Assembly (NCBI GenBank): GCA_963770895.1
Contig: CAVYRF010000002.1
Span: 2,560,001-2,624,000 of the forward strand
From: an uncultured Acidobacteriota bacterium
GTDB taxonomy: Bacteria; Acidobacteriota; Thermoanaerobaculia; Multivoradales; UBA5704
Direction: 5' to 3'
Length of the DNA: 64,000 nucleotides
How positions within the stretch are numbered: the first letter of the stretch is position 1; every line of letters begins with the position of its first letter. Both the position numbers and the translations under genes were made by a program. Shown in pieces: positions 50,198 to 62,825 of the stretch. The notes under the pieces were generated by a model that did not search any database, had not been told where the DNA came from, and was given only the letters and a program-made list of their open reading frames with translations.

Positions 50198-53026
50198 ATG
50201 GATGCCGCCCGCCCCCGCCTCTTCCTGATCGACGGCTATAACACCATCTTCCGGGCGTTCTACGCCATCCGCAACCTCTCCAACTCCAAGGGCGAGCCTA
50301 CCAATGCCGTGTACGGCTTTGTCACCATGCTGCGCAAGCTGCTGCGCGAAGAGCAGCCCGACCTGATCGGCGTCGCCCTGGACGTCGGCCGCACCTTCCG
50401 CAGCGAACGCTTCGAACAATACAAGGCCAACCGCACGCCGATGCCCGAGGACCTGGCGAGCCAGCTGCCCTGGGTGCGCCGCGTGCTGGAGGCGTACCGC
50501 ATCCCGATCCTGGAGCTGGCCGGCTACGAGGCCGACGACGTGCTGGGCAGCCTGGCTTGCAACGCCGCCGCCGCCGGCTACGACGTGGTGCTGGTGTCGG
50601 CCGACAAGGACCTGATGCAGCTGGTCGAGCCGCGCGTGTCGCTCTACCACACCGGCCGCTCCAAAATGTACGGGCCGGCCGAGGTGGCGGAAGACTTCGG
50701 TGTGCCGCCGGCCAAGGTCGCCGACGTGCTGGCGCTGGCCGGCGATTCGATCGACAACATCCCCGGCGTGCCGGGCATCGGCGACAAGGGGGCAAAGGCG
50801 CTCATCGCCGAATACGGCTCGCTCGAAGAGCTGCTGGCGCGCGCCGGCGAGGTGACGCGCAAGAGCTACCGCGAAGGGCTGCAGCAGCACGCCGAGCAGG
50901 CGCGGATGTCCAAGGAGCTGTCCACCATCCACACCGACCTGCCGATCGCCTTCGATCCGGCCGCCCTGCGCCACGACGCGCCCGACCCGGTGGCGCTGCG
51001 CCGCCTGTTCGGCGAGCTGGAGTTCCACTCGCTGGCCGAAGAGCTGGCGCCGGCGGCGGGCGCCCCGGCGCTGCTGGCGCCCGGCGACGTGCGCCAGCTG
51101 ACCACGGCCGACGAATGGGCTGCGGCCGTTGCCGCCCTGGAAGGCGCCGCGGCCGCCGCCGGCCCGGCCCGCCTCGACGCCGGCGCTGCCGCTGTGCCGG
51201 CCGCCGATGCCGCGCCGGTGCCCGAAATCTTCGTCGCGATTCTGGGCGACGCCGAGCCGCTGGGGCTCGCGCTCGCCGCCGGCGGCGCGGCCGCAGCGCC
51301 GGCGGCGCCAGCGTCGCCGGACGGCAGCGGGGCGTCGCCGGACGGCGACGGGGAGGCGGCGGCAGCGGCCGCGAGCCCCCAGGCGGCCGCGGGCAGCGAG
51401 GTGCTGGTGGCGGATTTTCGCCATCCCGCGCTGCGCGCCGCGGTGGTCGCCACGCTGGAGCGGTGGATCGCCCCCGGAGCCGCGCCCGCGGTCCAGCTGG
51501 CGGGCCACAACCTCAAGGAAGTGCTGCGGCTCTGCCCCGGCGGCGCCCGCTGCGGCGTGCGGCTGTTCGACCTCATGCTGGTGTCGTACCTGCTCAAGCC
51601 TTCGGCGCACGGCCACAGCTTCGACGAGCTGGCGCTGGAGCGCCTGAACGTGCGGCCGCTGTCGGCGCGGGAAGCGGGGTGGGACAAGGGCCAGGTGCCG
51701 CTGCCCGGAGACACCCGGCTGCTCGCCTACGCCGCCGAGCGGGTGGCGCTGGCGCGCCAGATGGCGGCCGGCATGCGGCGCGAGCTGGTGGGCGACCTGG
51801 CGCGCATCTACGACGACATCGAGATGCCGCTGCTGCCCGTCCTGGTCGGCATGGAAGAGACCGGCATCCTGCTCGACTCGGCCTACCTCAAGGACATGTC
51901 GGCGGAGCTGGGGAGCGAAATCGCGCAGCTTGAAGAAGACATCTGGCGCCAGGCCGGCGAGCGCTTCAACCTCAGCTCGCCGCAGCAGCTGGGGGTGGTG
52001 CTGTTCGAACGCATGGGGCTGCCGGTGCTCAAGCGCACGCAGAAGACCAAGAGCTATGCGACCGGCGCCGAAACGCTGGAGGAGCTGGCCACGCGCGGCT
52101 TTCCGATCGCCCAGCTGCTGCTGCGCCACCGCGAGCTGACCAAGCTCAAAAGCACCTACGTGGACGCCCTGCCGGCGCTGGTCGACGGCAACGGACGCCT
52201 GCACACCCGCTTCCAGCAGGCGGTCGCCGCCACCGGCCGGCTGTCGTCCGCCAACCCCAACCTGCAGAACATCCCGGTGCGCACCGAGCTGGGCCTGCGC
52301 ATCCGCCGCGCCTTCGTCGCCGCCTCCGGCCACCAGCTGCTGGCCGTCGACTACAGCCAGGTCGAGCTGCGCATCCTGGCGCACATCGCCGGCGAGCCCG
52401 AGCTGATCCGCGCCTTCGCCGCCGGCGAGGACATCCACCGCGCCACCGCCGCCCTGGTGTTCGGCACCTCGCCCGACCTGGTCAGCGCCGACCAGCGCCG
52501 CGCCGCCAAGACGATCAACTTCGGCATCCTCTACGGCATGAGCGCCTTCGGTCTGGCGCAGAACCTCGGCATCACCAAGGCGGAGGCGGACCGCTTCATC
52601 ACCGCCTACATGGACCGCTACCCCGGAGTGCGGCGCTACGTCGAGGAGACGGTGCGCAACGCGGAGCGCGACGGCCGCGTGGAGACGCTGTACGGGCGGG
52701 TGCGCTGGCTGCCCGACATCCAGAGCAAGAACCACAACCTGCGCGAGAACGCCCGCCGCATGGCGATCAACGCCCGCATCCAGGGAACCGCCGCCGACCT
52801 GCTCAAGATGGCGATGATCGCCGTCGACCGGCGGCTGTGCCGCGAGCACCCGGCGGTGCGCCTGCTGCTGACGGTCCACGACGAGCTGCTGTTCGAAGTT
52901 CCCGAAGGCGAGGTCGCGGCGGTGACCAGCCTGGTGCGGCATGAGATGGAAGGGGTGGCGCAGCTGGCGGTGCCGCTGCGGGTCGACGCCGGCGCCGGCG
53001 GCAGCTGGTACGCGGCCAAGGCGTAG
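50198..53026 (+). CDS. polA: DNA polymerase I
   Basis: 5'-3' exonuclease (LIDG, YKANR, EADD, GDSIDNIPGVPGIG); polymerase motifs TGRLSS..PNLQN, DYSQVELR, KTINFGILYG, VHDEL. The 3'-5' exonuclease region is degenerate and has an Ala-rich insert. Confidence 0.97.
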   Translation: MDAARPRLFLIDGYNTIFRAFYAIRNLSNSKGEPTNAVYGFVTMLRKLLREEQPDLIGVALDVGRTFRSERFEQYKANRTPMPEDLASQLPWVRRVLEAYRIPILELAGYEADDVLGSLACNAAAAGYDVVLVSADKDLMQLVEPRVSLYHTGRSKMYGPAEVAEDFGVPPAKVADVLALAGDSIDNIPGVPGIGDKGAKALIAEYGSLEELLARAGEVTRKSYREGLQQHAEQARMSKELSTIHTDLPIAFDPAALRHDAPDPVALRRLFGELEFHSLAEELAPAAGAPALLAPGDVRQLTTADEWAAAVAALEGAAAAAGPARLDAGAAAVPAADAAPVPEIFVAILGDAEPLGLALAAGGAAAAPAAPASPDGSGASPDGDGEAAAAAASPQAAAGSEVLVADFRHPALRAAVVATLERWIAPGAAPAVQLAGHNLKEVLRLCPGGARCGVRLFDLMLVSYLLKPSAHGHSFDELALERLNVRPLSAREAGWDKGQVPLPGDTRLLAYAAERVALARQMAAGMRRELVGDLARIYDDIEMPLLPVLVGMEETGILLDSAYLKDMSAELGSEIAQLEEDIWRQAGERFNLSSPQQLGVVLFERMGLPVLKRTQKTKSYATGAETLEELATRGFPIAQLLLRHRELTKLKSTYVDALPALVDGNGRLHTRFQQAVAATGRLSSANPNLQNIPVRTELGLRIRRAFVAASGHQLLAVDYSQVELRILAHIAGEPELIRAFAAGEDIHRATAALVFGTSPDLVSADQRRAAKTINFGILYGMSAFGLAQNLGITKAEADRFITAYMDRYPGVRRYVEETVRNAERDGRVETLYGRVRWLPDIQSKNHNLRENARRMAINARIQGTAADLLKMAMIAVDRRLCREHPAVRLLLTVHDELLFEVPEGEVAAVTSLVRHEMEGVAQLAVPLRVDAGAGGSWYAAKA

Positions 53027-53084
53027 GCCACCGCCTCACACGGTCACACGCTCACGAGGTCACGACGTGAAAGGAGGGAGGCGC

Positions 53085-53234
53085 ATGAAGGGACGCAACA
53101 TCGGCATGATCCTGCTGGCGATCCACCTGATTCTGGTCGGCCTGATCGCAGTCGGCGTGATGTTCGCCGGGATGGGAATGCTGGCGGGGCTGTTCGCCCT
53201 GGCCGCCGGCATTTTCCTGCTGCTCGGCAAGTGA
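53085..53234 (+). CDS. Small 2-TM membrane protein (49 aa)
   Basis: AAGGAGG SD; MKGRNIGMILLAIHLILVGL...LAAGIFLLLGK. Confidence 0.7.
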   Translation: MKGRNIGMILLAIHLILVGLIAVGVMFAGMGMLAGLFALAAGIFLLLGK

Positions 53235-53323
53235 CGGGCGCCGGGGGTTACGGTCGCGGCAACCGCGACGGCCGCCGCCCCCGGCGATTCCAGCCCAAGG
53301 ATGGCGACACGGAGGAGCTCGCG

Positions 53324-53740
53324 ATGGCGGTAGAGATCAAGGGCCGGTATTTCGGCCACCTCAACACGGAAATGACCCACGGCCCGTCGGGCGTCCTGCT
53401 GCGCACCGCGGCGCCGCTCGACAACCAGGGCGACGGCAGCTCCTTTTCGCCCACCGACCTGGTGGCGGCGGCGCTGGCCTCGTGCATGGTCACCACCCTG
53501 GCGATCGTGGCGGAGCGCGACGGCATCGACCTGTCCGGCGTCACCTTCCGGGTGGAAAAGGAGATGGCGAGCGAGCCGCGGCGGATCGCCCGCCTGCCGG
53601 TCGAGATCCACCTGCCGGCCGCCCTGGCGCCCGCCGAGCGGACCAAGCTGGAGCGCGCCGCGCACACCTGCCCGGTGCACCGCAGCCTGGCGCCGGAGGT
53701 CGAAAAGGACGTCCGCTTCCTCTACGACGTGACGGGCTGA
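53324..53740 (+). CDS. OsmC-family protein
   Basis: GGAGGAG SD; FSPTDLVAAALASC...AHTCPVHRSL. Confidence 0.9.
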   Translation: MAVEIKGRYFGHLNTEMTHGPSGVLLRTAAPLDNQGDGSSFSPTDLVAAALASCMVTTLAIVAERDGIDLSGVTFRVEKEMASEPRRIARLPVEIHLPAALAPAERTKLERAAHTCPVHRSLAPEVEKDVRFLYDVTG

Positions 53741-53754
53741 ACGGGGGCGCCGCC

Positions 53755-54552
53755 ATGACCGCCACGCCCCCAGCCGTAGCCGCGACCGGGTGCAACCTCG
53801 CCGGCAAGGTGGCGCTGGTCACCGGCGCCTCGCGCGGCATCGGCGCCGCCATCGCCACCGCCTTCGCCGCCGCCGGCGCGCGGGTGGTGCTCGCCAGCCG
53901 CAAGCTCGCGGATCTGGAAGCGGTCGCCGACGCCATCCGCGCCGCGGGCGGCGAGGCGCTGCCGGTCGCCTGCCACACCGCGCGCGCTGCCGACGTGGAG
54001 GCGCTGGCCGCCGCCGCCGACGCGGCGTTCGGCGGTGTCGACGTGCTGGTCAACAACGCCGCCACCAATCCCCACTTCGGCCCGCTGCTGGAGGCGGACG
54101 AGGGGCATTGGGACAAGACGTTCGCGGTCAACGTCAAGGGCTACGCGATGGTGATCCGCGCCTGCGTGCCGTCGATGCGCCGGCGCGGCGGCGGTGCGAT
54201 CGTCAACCTGGCGTCGGTCGCCGGCATGACGCCGCACACCGGTCTGGGCGTCTACGGCGTCACCAAGGCGGCGGTGCTGATGCTCACCCGCACCCTGGCG
54301 CTGGAGCTCGCCGGCGAAGCGATCCGGGTCAACGCGATCGCCCCCGGCCTCATCCAGACCCGTTTCAGCGAAGCGCTCTGGCAGAGCGAGCCGATGCGCC
54401 GGCAGGCGCTGGCCGCCATTCCGCAGGGGCGGATGGGCCAGCCCGAAGACCTGGTGGGAGCCGCTCTCTACCTGGCGAGCGATGCGGCGCGGTTCACCAC
54501 CGGCGCCGTGCTGGTGGTGGACGGCGGCCAGACGGTCGGCGGCGCCTACTGA
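53755..54552 (+). CDS. SDR-family oxidoreductase (DHRS4-like)
   Basis: TGASRGIG, NNAA, YGVTK, RVNAIAPG, VDGG. Confidence 0.92.
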   Translation: MTATPPAVAATGCNLAGKVALVTGASRGIGAAIATAFAAAGARVVLASRKLADLEAVADAIRAAGGEALPVACHTARAADVEALAAAADAAFGGVDVLVNNAATNPHFGPLLEADEGHWDKTFAVNVKGYAMVIRACVPSMRRRGGGAIVNLASVAGMTPHTGLGVYGVTKAAVLMLTRTLALELAGEAIRVNAIAPGLIQTRFSEALWQSEPMRRQALAAIPQGRMGQPEDLVGAALYLASDAARFTTGAVLVVDGGQTVGGAY

Positions 54553-55643
54553 TCCGGCTGCGGCCGGACTGGCTGGCCGGGCGCCGCGGTCGGAGCGCCC
54601 GCCTCCTCCCCAGGCGCCGTCGCGCCGGCGTGCCCCCTCTGGATCAGCGCCTGCGCCAGCTGCTCGACGGCGGCTGCCAGCGGCGCGTCGCCCTGCAAGC
54701 CAAAGCGGCCGGTGAACTGGGCGAACAGGCGATCGCGCCGGGCGCGGTTGAGGCGCGCCAGGGCGAGCAGGCCGCTTTCCAGCGGCCGGCGCCGCTCGCC
54801 GCGCAGGCGGCGTTCATCCGGCACGCCGTCCTCCGTCAGGGTCGCATCCAGCAGCCGCCGGGCGCGTTCGGCGGCGGCCTCGCCCAGGGCGGCGGCCAGC
54901 TGGTCCGCCATGACGTGCGCGTCGTGCAGCTCGCCCAGCACGTCCTGCATGGACTTCAGCCGCTGCACCAGCGGCGACGCCTGGGCCACGTCCGCCAGCG
55001 GCTCGGCCAGGTAGCGCAGGCGCTTGGCGCTGATCCTGGCGCGGTGCGCCGGCCTGACGTCGCCGGGGCCCTCGATGCGCGCCAGCCGCCGCGCCAGGTC
55101 GGCGGCATGCTGGCGCAGGATGGCGGCGGCGGCGGCGCCGAAAGAGGGCGGGTCGCCGTCCAGGCGCACCTCGGCGCGGTAGACCGACAGGTCGGCCCGC
55201 AGCTTGGTGGCGAACGGCGGGAAGCGCTCCTCAAGGTGCGCGCGCAGCCCGCGATAGGCGTCCTTGTGCCGCTTCTCCAGCTGGGCGAGCAGCCAGGCGA
55301 GGCCGATCCGGTGATGGCGGGAAAGGTCGCGCCCGGCCTGGCGCAGCCACTCGATCTGCACCTCGACGTCGCGTCCCGGCCCGGTCGACCGGGCCAGACG
55401 CTCCAGGCGCCGCGCCAGCTTCGGCGGCACGCTGTCGCCAAGCTGGGGAGCGTACGAGCGCAGGCAGCTGCGCAGGCGCCGCAGGGCCACCCGAACGTCG
55501 TGCAGCGCCTCGTCGTCGTCTCCCGCGGCGAGCCTGGGCAGGGCCGCGGCGGCTTCCTCCAGGTAGATCAGCGCCAGGCGCCGGGCGGCTTCTTCGGGCG
55601 AGCGCAGGAGCAGCTCGGCCGCGTCCGTGCCGGCCTCAGGCAT
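54546..55643 (-). CDS. CHAD-domain (polyphosphate-binding) protein
   Basis: LHDVRVALRRLRS, RDVEV, HRARISAKRLRY, QDVLGELHD. Confidence 0.9.
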   Translation of the reverse strand: MPEAGTDAAELLLRSPEEAARRLALIYLEEAAAALPRLAAGDDDEALHDVRVALRRLRSCLRSYAPQLGDSVPPKLARRLERLARSTGPGRDVEVQIEWLRQAGRDLSRHHRIGLAWLLAQLEKRHKDAYRGLRAHLEERFPPFATKLRADLSVYRAEVRLDGDPPSFGAAAAAILRQHAADLARRLARIEGPGDVRPAHRARISAKRLRYLAEPLADVAQASPLVQRLKSMQDVLGELHDAHVMADQLAAALGEAAAERARRLLDATLTEDGVPDERRLRGERRRPLESGLLALARLNRARRDRLFAQFTGRFGLQGDAPLAAAVEQLAQALIQRGHAGATAPGEEAGAPTAAPGQPVRPQPDQ

Positions 55644-55771
55644 CGCCGGCCGTTCGCACGATCCTAGTGTCCCGCCCGGTTAATTCGCATGGTATTCGCT
55701 TGCCCTCCGGCCCCCTGGCGGCGTTGCGCCTCCTCGCGGCGGTCATCGCAGGGGCAGCCGGCGGCGCCGGC

Positions 55772-56284
55772 TCAGCCGGCCAGCTCGCGCAGCAGGGCGG
55801 GCGTCAGCGCCCACAGCAGCGAGGCGGTGCCGGCGCCCACTTCGCCGGCGAACTCCACCAGGCAGGCACCCCCCTTGCGGAAGGAAAAGAGCCGCTTTTC
55901 GGTGCCGGTCAGCAGCCACGAGACGATCAGGCTGATGCTCGGCTCGTGGCCGACCACGGCCACCGTTTCGACCCCTTGCTGGCGTTGCAGGCGCAGCCAG
56001 GCCAGGAATTCCACCGGCGACGCGTCGGGCGCCAGCTCGCCGATCTCGACTTCACGCAGGCCGCCGTAGACGGAATCGAGCACGGCGCCGGTCTGGGCGG
56101 CGCGGGTCAGCGGGCTGGTGGCAAGCAGGTCGATCTCGGGCACCAGCCCCTTGAGGCCGCGCGCCGCCTGCTTCATCTTCTTACGCCCTTCGTCGGTGAG
56201 GGGCCGCAGCCGGTCGTCCTTGCCGGTGCGGGCAAAGTCCTCCCGCTCTTCGGCGATGGCATGCCGCAGGATCAGCAGCTTCAT
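55772..56284 (-). CDS. sixA: Phosphohistidine phosphatase SixA
   Basis: LRHAIA, D..RPLT..G, TSPLTRAAQT, VGHEP. Confidence 0.85.
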   Translation of the reverse strand: MKLLILRHAIAEEREDFARTGKDDRLRPLTDEGRKKMKQAARGLKGLVPEIDLLATSPLTRAAQTGAVLDSVYGGLREVEIGELAPDASPVEFLAWLRLQRQQGVETVAVVGHEPSISLIVSWLLTGTEKRLFSFRKGGACLVEFAGEVGAGTASLLWALTPALLRELAG

Positions 56285-56351
56285 GGTGGCACCTCGGCTC
56301 GCACGCGCATAGCTTTACCCGGTCTGGCGCCAATTTGCAAAGGCCGGACTG

Positions 56352-56544
56352 AAAAAAGAGCCGGAGTGCGAGCGCGAGCGGGACGCCTGCGAACGCATCC
56401 CCGGGCTGTGCGGAGGTCCAAGGGTGGCCGCCGTGGTTGGGGAAGAGCCCCCGACGGCGACCGCGGAAAGACTACGGCAGCGCCGTCCCCGATGGGGTGG
56501 CGCATGGGTAGCGATCCGGTGACGCTTCCGTCGCGCCGGCGCTC
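56352..56544 (-). ncRNA. Candidate structured RNA of unassigned family
   Basis: Complementary ends (56358-56364 with 56536-56544), three internal hairpins, and a U6 tract right after the closing stem on the minus strand. I do not recognise the family. Confidence 0.3.
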
Positions 56545-56642
56545 ATGCCGCCCCTGCCGGCGATCGTCGGATGGCGCCGCGGGACGCTCTGGCTCGTGAT
56601 AGCGTTGCGTGCCGACACCTGCTTCCCCGGAGGCACTGCCGC

Positions 56643-57839
56643 ATGTCCAGCCCTGCAGCGCCCACCGCCGCGACCACCGCTCCTCAGACTCTGCGGCGCA
56701 CGCCTTTGTATCCCTGTCACGTCGCCGCCGGCGCCCGCATGGTGGGCTTCGCCGGCTGGGACATGCCGGTCCAGTACGCCGGCGTCATCGAAGAGCACCG
56801 CGCGGTGCGCCAGGCGGCCGGACTTTTCGACGTCTCGCACATGGGTGAGATCCGCGTCCACGGCGCCGGCGCCCTGGCCTTTCTGCAGCGCCTCACCCCC
56901 AACGACGTGGCCCGCCTGGCCGTCGGGCGGGCGCACTACAGCGGCCTGCTCACCGAACGCGGCACCTATATCGACGACCTGCTGGTCTACCGCTTGGCCG
57001 CGGACGATTTCCTGCTGGTGGTCAATGCCAGCAACGCCCAGGCCGACCTGGCCTGGATCCAGCGGCAGGCCGCCGCGGCTGCCCCGGCTGACTCAGCTGG
57101 CTCCGCTGGCTCGGACAACACGGCGGCCGAGGACGTCCAGATCAGCGACCAGAGCGACAGCTATGCGCTGCTGTCGCTGCAGGGCCCGCGCGCGCTGCAG
57201 ATCCTGGCGCCGCTCGCCGCCGGCGACGTGGGGGGGCTGCGCTACTACGGCTTCCTGCAAGGCCAGGTCGGGGGAGCGCCGGCGCTCATCTCGCGCACCG
57301 GCTACACCGGCGAAGACGGCTTCGAGCTCTACGTGGCGCCCGAGCACGCACCCGACCTGTGGCAGCAGCTGCTCGCCGCCGGCGCGCCGCACGGCCTGCA
57401 ACCGGCCGGGCTGGGAGCGCGCGACACCCTGCGGCTGGAGGCGGCCATGGCGCTCTACGGCCATGAGCTGGACAGCGATACGACGCCCTTCGAAGCCGGC
57501 CTGGCCTGGGTGGTCAAGCTGGACAAAGGCGACTTCATCGGCCGCCAGGCGCTGGCCGAGCAGCGCGAAGCGGGGGCGCACCGCAAGCTGGCAGGATTCA
57601 CCGTGCTGGGGCGTGGAATCGCGCGCCAGGGACACTCGGTTCTATCCGACGGGAGCGCGGTGGGAGCGGTCACCAGCGGCACCTGGAGCCCGACGCTCGA
57701 CCGGGCGATCGGCATGGCCTACGTGCCCGCGGCCCTGGCGACGCCCGGCACCCCGCTCGGCATCGACGTGCGCGGCCGGGTGGTCGAGGCGGTGGCGAGC
57801 GCCCTGCCGTTTTATCGCCGGCCGGCCGCGGGTACCTAA
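56643..57839 (+). CDS. gcvT: Glycine cleavage system aminomethyltransferase (T protein)
   Basis: [46 protein letters not shown]. Confidence 0.96.
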   Translation: MSSPAAPTAATTAPQTLRRTPLYPCHVAAGARMVGFAGWDMPVQYAGVIEEHRAVRQAAGLFDVSHMGEIRVHGAGALAFLQRLTPNDVARLAVGRAHYSGLLTERGTYIDDLLVYRLAADDFLLVVNASNAQADLAWIQRQAAAAAPADSAGSAGSDNTAAEDVQISDQSDSYALLSLQGPRALQILAPLAAGDVGGLRYYGFLQGQVGGAPALISRTGYTGEDGFELYVAPEHAPDLWQQLLAAGAPHGLQPAGLGARDTLRLEAAMALYGHELDSDTTPFEAGLAWVVKLDKGDFIGRQALAEQREAGAHRKLAGFTVLGRGIARQGHSVLSDGSAVGAVTSGTWSPTLDRAIGMAYVPAALATPGTPLGIDVRGRVVEAVASALPFYRRPAAGT

Positions 57840-57918
57840 AGGGATTCTGATGGCGCAGGACGCCGCGGGCTGCTGGCGGGAGCTTTGATTTTCGTTCACA
57901 AAGGAGGGTACGCGACAG

Positions 57919-58291
57919 ATGTATCCCAGCGAGTATCTATATTCGAGAGAGCATGAGTGGGTGCGCGTGGACAACGACGTCTGCACCCTGGGGGTGACCG
58001 AGTTCGCGCAGCATGAGCTCGGTGAAGTGGTGTTCGTCGAGCTGCCTGAAGTCGGCCAGGTGTTCAACGCCAACGACGAGCTGGGCACCATCGAATCGGT
58101 CAAGGCGGTGGCGGAAGTCTTTTCGCCGGTGGCGGGGGAGATCGTGGAGATCAACGACGCGGTGGTCGACGATCCCGAGATGCTCAACGACGACCCGCAC
58201 ATCGAAGGCTGGCTGGTCAAGATCCGCTTCTCGTCGGCCGACGACCTCAAGGCCCTGATGACCGCCGAACAGTACGAGGAGTACGTCAAGA

Positions 58292-58305
<14 letters not shown>
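57919..58305 (+). CDS. gcvH: Glycine cleavage system H protein
   Basis: [20 protein letters not shown] (lipoyl Lys), NDDP..EGWL. Confidence 0.96.
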
Positions 58306-61342
<3,037 letters not shown>

Positions 61343-61390
61343 CGGCAGGGCAGGGCTCCAGGGCGCACCGCCGCCGGCGCCGCGGATCGG

Positions 61391-61771
61391 ATGGTGAAAA
61401 TCCTCGGCTCCGCGGCGATCGGCCTCTTTCTCGCCTGCTGGGCGATGTTCTTTCTCCAGGTTTTGGGCTTCATCCGCCTGCCGCTGCTGCCGCGCCTGAC
61501 GCTCAGCGAGCTGTACAGCGGCGCCTCCGCCCTGGGCTGGCTGGCCGGCGCCACCTACGTGCAGCGCACCCGCCACCTGGCCGGCAGCTCGCGGCGGCCG
61601 CTCTTCCTGCTCTCCTTCTGGGGCCCGCCGAGCGTCGTCTTCCTGCTCGCCGCCATGGCCCGGCTGCAGCACCAGGCGCCGCTCGTCCTGCTCTGGGCGC
61701 TCGGCGTCTTCGCCATTTTCTACCTGGTGCCAGTGTCCTTCCGTTCAGTTGGACGCGGCCCGCGCACGTGA
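61391..61771 (+). CDS. Hypothetical 4-TM membrane protein
   Basis: 126-aa hydrophobic ORF, co-oriented between gcvP and larE. Confidence 0.65.
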   Translation: MVKILGSAAIGLFLACWAMFFLQVLGFIRLPLLPRLTLSELYSGASALGWLAGATYVQRTRHLAGSSRRPLFLLSFWGPPSVVFLLAAMARLQHQAPLVLLWALGVFAIFYLVPVSFRSVGRGPRT

Positions 61772-61789
61772 CCGAAGCTGGGGCGATCG

Positions 61790-62740
61790 ATGGCAACGCC
61801 TGACCCGAAGACGGACGTCGACCAGCGCATCGCGCGGGTGGTGGCGGATCTTGCCGCGCGCGGTTCGGTGCTGGTCGCCTATTCGGGCGGCGTCGACTCG
61901 GCGCTGGTGGCCGCCCTGGCCGTGCGCGCCGTGGGCGAACGGGCCCTGGCGCTCACCGCCGCCGCCGAAACCCTGGCCGGCGCCGAGCTGGATCACGCGC
62001 GGCGGCTGGCAGCGGAGATCGGCATCCGCCACCAGATCGTCACCTACAGCGAGCTGGACGATCCCGAGTTCGTCGCCAACCCCGCCCACCGCTGCTACGT
62101 CTGCCAGGGCATGCGCATGGACGCCATGCTCGAACAGGCGCGGCGGCGCGGTCTGGCGGTCGTCTGCGACGGCACCAACGCCTCCGACCCCGGCCCCGAC
62201 CGCCCCGGCCTGCGCGCCATCCAGGAGCGCCCGGTCTACTCGCCGCTGCTCGCCCACGGCATCGACAAGCCCACCGCCCGCGCCATGGCGCAAGCCCTGG
62301 GCCTCTCGGTCTGGGACCGGCCGGCCAACGCCTGCCTGTCCTCCCGCATCCCCCACGGCCAGCTGGTCACCCTGGGCAAGCTGCGCCGCATCGAAGCCGC
62401 CGAAGAGCTGATCGCCGCCGCCGGCTTCCACGTCGTCCGCGTCCGCGACGACGCCGGCGCCGCGCGCGTCGAAGTCGACCCCCCCGCGGTCCCCCGCCTG
62501 GCCGCCACGTGGGACACCCTGGCCCCCCGCCTGCGCGACCTGGGCTTCGCCGCCGCCGCCTTCGACCCCCAAGGCTACCGCCGCGGCGGCGCCGACCTGC
62601 CGCGCCCGGCAGGCGCCGCGGGCGCCGTGGCAACCGGCGCGCAGCCAGCCGGCGACGCCTCCGCCGGGGCGCACGCCCTTCCGGCCGGCGGCAAGGTAGC
62701 GGTCCCCGCACCCGTCTCCGCGAGCGATCCCCGGCAATGA
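61790..62740 (+). CDS. larE: LarE-family ATP-dependent sulfur transferase
   Basis: PP-loop YSGGVDS, NP..RCYVC, DGTNASD, RPGLRA, PANACLSSRIP.G, VRVR. Confidence 0.9.
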   Translation: MATPDPKTDVDQRIARVVADLAARGSVLVAYSGGVDSALVAALAVRAVGERALALTAAAETLAGAELDHARRLAAEIGIRHQIVTYSELDDPEFVANPAHRCYVCQGMRMDAMLEQARRRGLAVVCDGTNASDPGPDRPGLRAIQERPVYSPLLAHGIDKPTARAMAQALGLSVWDRPANACLSSRIPHGQLVTLGKLRRIEAAEELIAAAGFHVVRVRDDAGAARVEVDPPAVPRLAATWDTLAPRLRDLGFAAAAFDPQGYRRGGADLPRPAGAAGAVATGAQPAGDASAGAHALPAGGKVAVPAPVSASDPRQ

Positions 62741-62825
62741 ATCCCGACGGCCTGCAACGCCTTCTTTGCGCTGGCGCCGCCGGCGAAGTCATGTCCAGCA
62801 AAACCCGTGTGCGCGAGCTCCGGCG

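Noticed and set aside
56340-56640. Glycine riboswitch upstream of gcvT
   Set aside because: The conserved GGAGA...CCGAAG...CUCUCAGG elements are absent, and a likely extended -10 (TGATAGCGT, about 56597-56605) leaves only a short leader.
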